From Giardia intestinalis (lineage: Eukaryota), in NCBI GenBank assembly GCA_000002435.2, contig CM018790.1: 64,000 bases of DNA. One strand, given 5' to 3'. Under the pieces are notes generated by a model. That model had not been told where the DNA came from. It did not search any database and worked only from the letters and a program-made list of their open reading frames with translations. The position numbers and the translations under genes were made by a program. How positions within the stretch are numbered: the first letter of the stretch is position 1; the number at the start of each line of letters is the position of its first letter. Shown piece after piece: positions 59,583 through 64,000 of this stretch.

Positions 59583-61340
59583 CTATGCATCCTTGAATGT
59601 CACAAACCTCTTTTCAGAAAATCCTTTCTTTCCTCGATCAGCTTCATAGTTAGATAGTCCTAGCACACAAATGAGCGTTGTTAAGAAAATGCTTATGAAC
59701 ATGAGTCCCATACACACGCTTGTTGCTCGTGCATAGCTCTTATTGTAGTACGGATCACCAACAACTGGGTAGAGAGCGCCATAGTCTCCCTGTAACATGA
59801 TGGAATGGAGAGAAGAAACAATACAAGTGCCCACGCTACACGCTAGGGTCTTGGACAGGTTTGGTAGTACAGAGATGACAGAAAGTTGGGACACAGGCGC
59901 CGTCGTGAGGATGACTGCCCATGACATAGAGGTCACTATGTTAAGGAATGCAAAGGCCACCACAAATAGAACTATAGAGGGATAAAAGCTGTTGTACGTG
60001 ACAAACGGAAACGCTGCTGTGCAAGCAGTTATACCCATAAAGCAGACTGAAAAGATCCTGCGTGTCGTGTACCGTTTGTCAAGGATAGGAAGAATTGTAG
60101 CTGTTAAGATATCCATTAGGCCAAAGACGGCATTCAATATACCAACAAACACAGAGGATTGTTCATAAATAACTGAGTATATGAATGGAACAAGCATGCG
60201 TGTGGCATTGCGATAAAATGCAGCAAGCAAGTGAATGCTCAATAACGCCTTCAGTGGTCCGGTCAATATTTTCAAAGGAATAAGTGGATGAGTAACTCGC
60301 TTCTCTAGGAAAATAAAGAAGCCAAATAGCAAGCACCCTATTATGAACAGGATTGAGCCAATAAGAAAGATCTGCTGGCCTAGGACACTAGCACTGAGAG
60401 ACGAAACAATGTACGCAAAGGATAATAGAATGATGCCACCAAAGTCTGTCTTACGCTTTTCTGCCCGTGTAAACGGATCATATACAAAAGCCATGCTGGA
60501 AAATGTGATCGCAGAAAGCACCGCACAGACGATATAGCAAGCACGCCAACTCATATGCTCAATAATAAATCCTGCTATAAGCGGCGAAATGATAGCCCCC
60601 AAATCGAACAGCATAATGGTCAAGAACAAGCCCAGCTTAACCCTTTCTGGGAATGGCAGCAATCGGAAAAGATACCCCTTAGTGACGTTCATGCCTGTCA
60701 ATGCAATACCAGTGATGAAGCGCATAACTAAGAGAGAATAGAACTCTGGCATGAAGGCAGAGCACAGACTGCTAAGCGTTGCCAGGAAGGCCCAGCAAAG
60801 GAACATATTAATTGAACCAAATCGTTCCAGGAACTTTCCCGAGATTGTTCCAGAGACTGCACAGCCAAGGTTCATGGCAACGGTAATCCACTGTGTTAAC
60901 GAGATATCAATACCGTACTCTTTTGCGATAACAGGCATTGCGACTGTGCTTGTTGCTATATCCATAGTTGGAAGCGCTGCGGTAAGGGAATAATAGAATA
61001 TCATTACCTTCATGGGCGTAGCATGTAGCTTAAATATCTTTGCTTTACGGCATCGCCGTTGCTGCTGCCTTGGTGACCCAGCAGGCGCTGCATCTGTAAT
61101 AAGTTCCGTTGCATCATCAGTTATGTCACCTGTCCCATCCACCTTGTCATTATCTTGCACTACCGACTGCAGCTTTTTCTCTTGCTCGTGTTCAGCAGGT
61201 GGCTCTGGAACAAGGCCCAGACCGATCTGTACGGATGGCACCATGGTTACATCCACAGGTAATAACGAGACAGTATCAGCCTCCTGCTCTGAGCATCCTT
61301 CTGTGTCACAAGGCACCTCGTTGTTTTTAAGCTCAGACAT
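59583..61340 (-). CDS. Major facilitator superfamily (MFS) transporter, ~12-14 TM, with acidic N-terminal extension
   Basis: ATG verified. After a ~100-aa D/E-rich N-terminus, regularly spaced hydrophobic helices (IFYYSLTAALPTM, WITVAMNLGCAVSGTISGKF, MFLCWAFLATLSSLCSAF, ...), MFS-like loop motif GKFLERFG. Confidence 0.65.
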   Translation of the reverse strand: MSELKNNEVPCDTEGCSEQEADTVSLLPVDVTMVPSVQIGLGLVPEPPAEHEQEKKLQSVVQDNDKVDGTGDITDDATELITDAAPAGSPRQQQRRCRKAKIFKLHATPMKVMIFYYSLTAALPTMDIATSTVAMPVIAKEYGIDISLTQWITVAMNLGCAVSGTISGKFLERFGSINMFLCWAFLATLSSLCSAFMPEFYSLLVMRFITGIALTGMNVTKGYLFRLLPFPERVKLGLFLTIMLFDLGAIISPLIAGFIIEHMSWRACYIVCAVLSAITFSSMAFVYDPFTRAEKRKTDFGGIILLSFAYIVSSLSASVLGQQIFLIGSILFIIGCLLFGFFIFLEKRVTHPLIPLKILTGPLKALLSIHLLAAFYRNATRMLVPFIYSVIYEQSSVFVGILNAVFGLMDILTATILPILDKRYTTRRIFSVCFMGITACTAAFPFVTYNSFYPSIVLFVVAFAFLNIVTSMSWAVILTTAPVSQLSVISVLPNLSKTLACSVGTCIVSSLHSIMLQGDYGALYPVVGDPYYNKSYARATSVCMGLMFISIFLTTLICVLGLSNYEADRGKKGFSEKRFVTFKDA

Positions 61341-61377
61341 ACGACAGCTTCTGTTTCAAATAAATGATATCCATATT

Positions 61378-64000
61378 TCATAATAGTTTACACAGATGTT
61401 CAAAGAGATACTGCTTCAGCTGCTTCAAACATTGTACGTCAGATGGGAGTTGTCTATCCGTGACGGGTATCCTTATAGTGCTCAAGGCGACAGCAATGTC
61501 TCCAACCACTCCTACAACTTCAGCAATTGTGTGATCCAATCTGTACTTCTCTTTCACAAAGTCTATGAGTTCATCAACGAGCATTGCCTGCTTACGTCGG
61601 AGCTCTATCATGCCACGCCTCACTGCGTCAATGCTGGTGAGTAACTCCTCCATGGACTTCCGGGTACGTGCCTCCGCAGTGCCGAGGGTTTCCAGATAAC
61701 TGCGCAACTCGGCTTCGCGCTTCTCCAAAATAAGATGGCGCATGGTAGCGGAGCGAGGAAAAGTCTGATTGGCGTTCTCCTCCATTGAAATAATGGATGC
61801 AGAGGGTCTACTATTTGCTGTCTCAGTGGGCATATTATCGCGCTGCTGGGCAGAACGAAGGAGAAAGTCAAGGCATGATATCTTTTGCACTAAAGAATCG
61901 AGGATTTCTGACTGCTGAGCGGTTTTCTTGGTGACAGACTTGCCAGACAGCGCGGCTATCTCATCGTCTATCATTAGATAATCTGACTTAGGTGGTAGAG
62001 TAGCATATTCTGGGGGTGGCTTAAGATTATACCGCGGCGGACTGGATGTGAGCTCGTCAACGGCAAGCATGGTCTGTTGAGTTGTGAGCTTTTTGGCCCG
62101 TTCTTTGTCTATAAGAGAGAGCACTTCTTTTGCTTCATCTCGTTCGTCACGTGCCTGCTCATCACGCTCCTGCTTTATTTCTGAAAACAACCTTCCATCT
62201 TCACAACTGGAAATAGACGCAAATGAAGAGACGTTGACAAGGGAATTGAGTGTCTGAAGTATTCGAATGCTCTCTGATGTGTGGCCATAATCGTAATGTG
62301 TTTCTAGTTGATACCTAGTTTCGAGAAATTCTGGTAAAATGTCATTCATAAGATGCTTGAGAATTGTCGCTGCATCCGGTGTCTCATCTGTTCTGGAAGA
62401 AAGCATTGCCTTCAATTTTTGTAAGATTGGCATGTTACGAGATATGGGTATCTCTGATCGACTGGATGCTTCTAGAAGGTTCTTCAGATCGCTATCCATC
62501 CATGCATTGCTGTTGGACTCGCTGTACTCCTCAATTAGGAATCTTAGTGCTCTATCAAATCCGGTGTAAAATAAGCAATTCTCGTTGATCTCATTCTTTA
62601 GCCGTGTTATGTGCATACTTGATGGAAGAGAAAAGGGAAGATTGGACTGCCTATGAACGATAGAGCTTTCATAGATATTAACTGATTCTTGAGAAGTTAG
62701 TTTGGCAGAGTCGATATCCTTTTCTGCCTTCTGATGGACTACTCCTGGTTCTGCACCTGTAAGAATGTCACCTGAACTAGAAATGCCAGAGGCAGCAATT
62801 CCATTTGTGTACATAACTTTAGCGTGCTCCGGTATGCAAAATGGACGAATGGATTGTCCAATCCAAGAAGATAAGGCCTCGTGGGTCAAGTTTGGCATAA
62901 GATAGTTATCAATATAACTAGTAGGGAAGACGGCTGAAACAGTATCTGGGAAAGTGGTATGCGCCGCATGCCTATGCACAGCTCCAGAGCCGAAAGCCGA
63001 TAACCCCCCTCCTGGAAGTATTTGCAGTGATCCAGGAGCTGGTCCAACAGATCCACTTAATGAGTTAGAGTTCGTAGACGACACCTGATGTGCGCCTCCT
63101 TTTCCTTGTGAAACCAATGGGACTCCGTTGACATCGGACTGAAAGAGAGCATTAGAATCAGCCACTTGTCGCGAGCCTCGCGTGGATGCCTTGGCACGTC
63201 TGGCTTGAGGCTTTCTATTTGTCTCTTCACGCTGGGTAGTATTTGGGCTTTCCTCAAGTTTAATTGACGTATCTTGTGATAACGAGCCCCCTAGAGATGC
63301 CAGTCCTCGTCGACGACTTGTTCCAGACGTATTTTGAATACCGGAAGATGCAGCAGCAAGCGTTGTTGAACCAGCAGGCTTACCACGTGGTTTCCGTTTG
63401 CTTAGTGAAGTTTGTGGCGTATCCTGCAGAGGATTTTTGATATCCTCCAGATCTTTTCCTTGGTAATATTCTAAGTACACACGTGAATAAAAGGGGGCCC
63501 CATAAAACAACAAGTTTGCCCCCCGGTTCGAGCTACTCCATATGCGCGGAAAGATCGGCAGTAGAAGACGGTTACTATTCTCATATAGTCCTGCTGTTGG
63601 AAGATTAGCGAAGAAGCTTCTATAGTCTAGTGGCGATGGCACGGAGAAGTGCAGATCCATTGATATAAGTACACATTTTTCACTCACACTGGGACACTGT
63701 TCATCAGGGTATGAGTATCTGATGGTTGAAACGAGATCAAGAAGAGAAGTAAATGACCTGGTCTGCTTCTTTAAATTGGATTCAATGATATCAGAATCTC
63801 TTGTAGAATCTGTGCATTGAGGAGAGTATCTCCACTCAATTAAATTACTAGCAAAGTGCCAAGAAGAGCGGAGAGCATCTAGCTCATGCAGAAACTGCCT
63901 TGCAGCCAGCTGAATGGTATGATCCTGGTCTGTAGGAACTGATAGATCTGTGAGTACCTTCTTAAAATAATCTGAATAACTCGATGCTAACCGTTTAGAA
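61378..64000 (-). CDS. Hypothetical coiled-coil/Ser-rich protein, 5' end beyond window end
   Basis: Track start at 63687 is a GTG; manual translation of the same frame upstream (63688-63999) shows no stop (...DQDHTIQLAARQFLHELDALRSSWHFASNLIEWRYSPQCTDSTRDSDIIESNLKKQTRSFTSLLDLVSTIRYSYPDEQCPSVSEKCVLISMDLHF...), so the N-terminus lies outside the window. Confidence 0.6.
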   Translation of the reverse strand, partial: SKRLASSYSDYFKKVLTDLSVPTDQDHTIQLAARQFLHELDALRSSWHFASNLIEWRYSPQCTDSTRDSDIIESNLKKQTRSFTSLLDLVSTIRYSYPDEQCPSVSEKCVLISMDLHFSVPSPLDYRSFFANLPTAGLYENSNRLLLPIFPRIWSSSNRGANLLFYGAPFYSRVYLEYYQGKDLEDIKNPLQDTPQTSLSKRKPRGKPAGSTTLAAASSGIQNTSGTSRRRGLASLGGSLSQDTSIKLEESPNTTQREETNRKPQARRAKASTRGSRQVADSNALFQSDVNGVPLVSQGKGGAHQVSSTNSNSLSGSVGPAPGSLQILPGGGLSAFGSGAVHRHAAHTTFPDTVSAVFPTSYIDNYLMPNLTHEALSSWIGQSIRPFCIPEHAKVMYTNGIAASGISSSGDILTGAEPGVVHQKAEKDIDSAKLTSQESVNIYESSIVHRQSNLPFSLPSSMHITRLKNEINENCLFYTGFDRALRFLIEEYSESNSNAWMDSDLKNLLEASSRSEIPISRNMPILQKLKAMLSSRTDETPDAATILKHLMNDILPEFLETRYQLETHYDYGHTSESIRILQTLNSLVNVSSFASISSCEDGRLFSEIKQERDEQARDERDEAKEVLSLIDKERAKKLTTQQTMLAVDELTSSPPRYNLKPPPEYATLPPKSDYLMIDDEIAALSGKSVTKKTAQQSEILDSLVQKISCLDFLLRSAQQRDNMPTETANSRPSASIISMEENANQTFPRSATMRHLILEKREAELRSYLETLGTAEARTRKSMEELLTSIDAVRRGMIELRRKQAMLVDELIDFVKEKYRLDHTIAEVVGVVGDIAVALSTIRIPVTDRQLPSDVQCLKQLKQYLFEHLCKLL

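Noticed and set aside
1-64000. Prokaryotic reading of the window (operons, defence islands, CRISPR, mobile elements)
   Set aside because: The identifiable genes are eukaryote-specific (Vps15, CCT-theta, TFIIH p44, adaptin, P5A-ATPase, HCMP). There is no Shine-Dalgarno-style organisation, no CRISPR-like repeat-spacer periodicity, and no transposase or integrase motifs. Genes alternate strands with tiny spacers in the manner of Giardia.

Overview
This 64-kb window is eukaryotic, not prokaryotic. It reads as a gene-dense, intron-free stretch of a diplomonad genome, most consistent with Giardia intestinalis. Evidence for that call:
- Nearly every base is coding, with intergenic spacers of about 20-250 bp and A/T-rich tracts immediately before the ATG starts.
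- Giardia-type poly(A) signals (AGTGAAC, TGTAAAC) sit 0-30 nt after several stops.
- A canonical Giardia high-cysteine membrane protein (HCMP) is present.
- TAA, TAG and TGA are all used as stops, which argues against Hexamita and Spironucleus.
- Genes identifiable by motif are eukaryotic housekeeping genes: Vps15 kinase, CCT-theta, TFIIH p44, TFIIIC tau95-like, AP adaptin, P5A-ATPase, ABCA, UTP23, Fcf2, dolichyldiphosphatase.

Gene calls:
- I call 25 protein-coding genes on both strands. Two are truncated by the window edges: a giant minus-strand ORF (17.7 kb, at least 5,898 codons with no in-frame stop) that starts at 17695 and runs off the left edge, and a minus-strand ORF that runs off the right edge.
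- The ORF track treats GTG and TTG as starts and prints them as M. Five genes were moved to the first real ATG for that reason.

Most interesting locus: a head-to-head pair of paralogous septin-clade P-loop GTPases (35828-40254) sharing a 62-bp A/T-rich bidirectional spacer.
- Both have septin-like G1 and G3 motifs and a septin-like post-switch-II block.
- Both have a degenerate G4 (AKAD replaced by TNAR or THTR), a Cys-cluster zinc-finger-like insert and a C-terminal coiled coil.
- One of the two also has an N-terminal membrane anchor and a kinase C-lobe-like remnant.

Other points worth a second look:
- the unidentified giant protein, which has a Walker-A GQRGSGKS about 3,900 residues from its N-terminus;
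- an 830-bp ORF-free gap (40294-41121) in an otherwise tightly packed region, which is a candidate ncRNA locus;
- a tandem 15-bp repeat in the giant gene's promoter;
- convergent genes whose 3' ends overlap;
- a TFIIIC tau95-like gene.

No CRISPR array, rRNA, confidently identifiable tRNA or transposon was seen.
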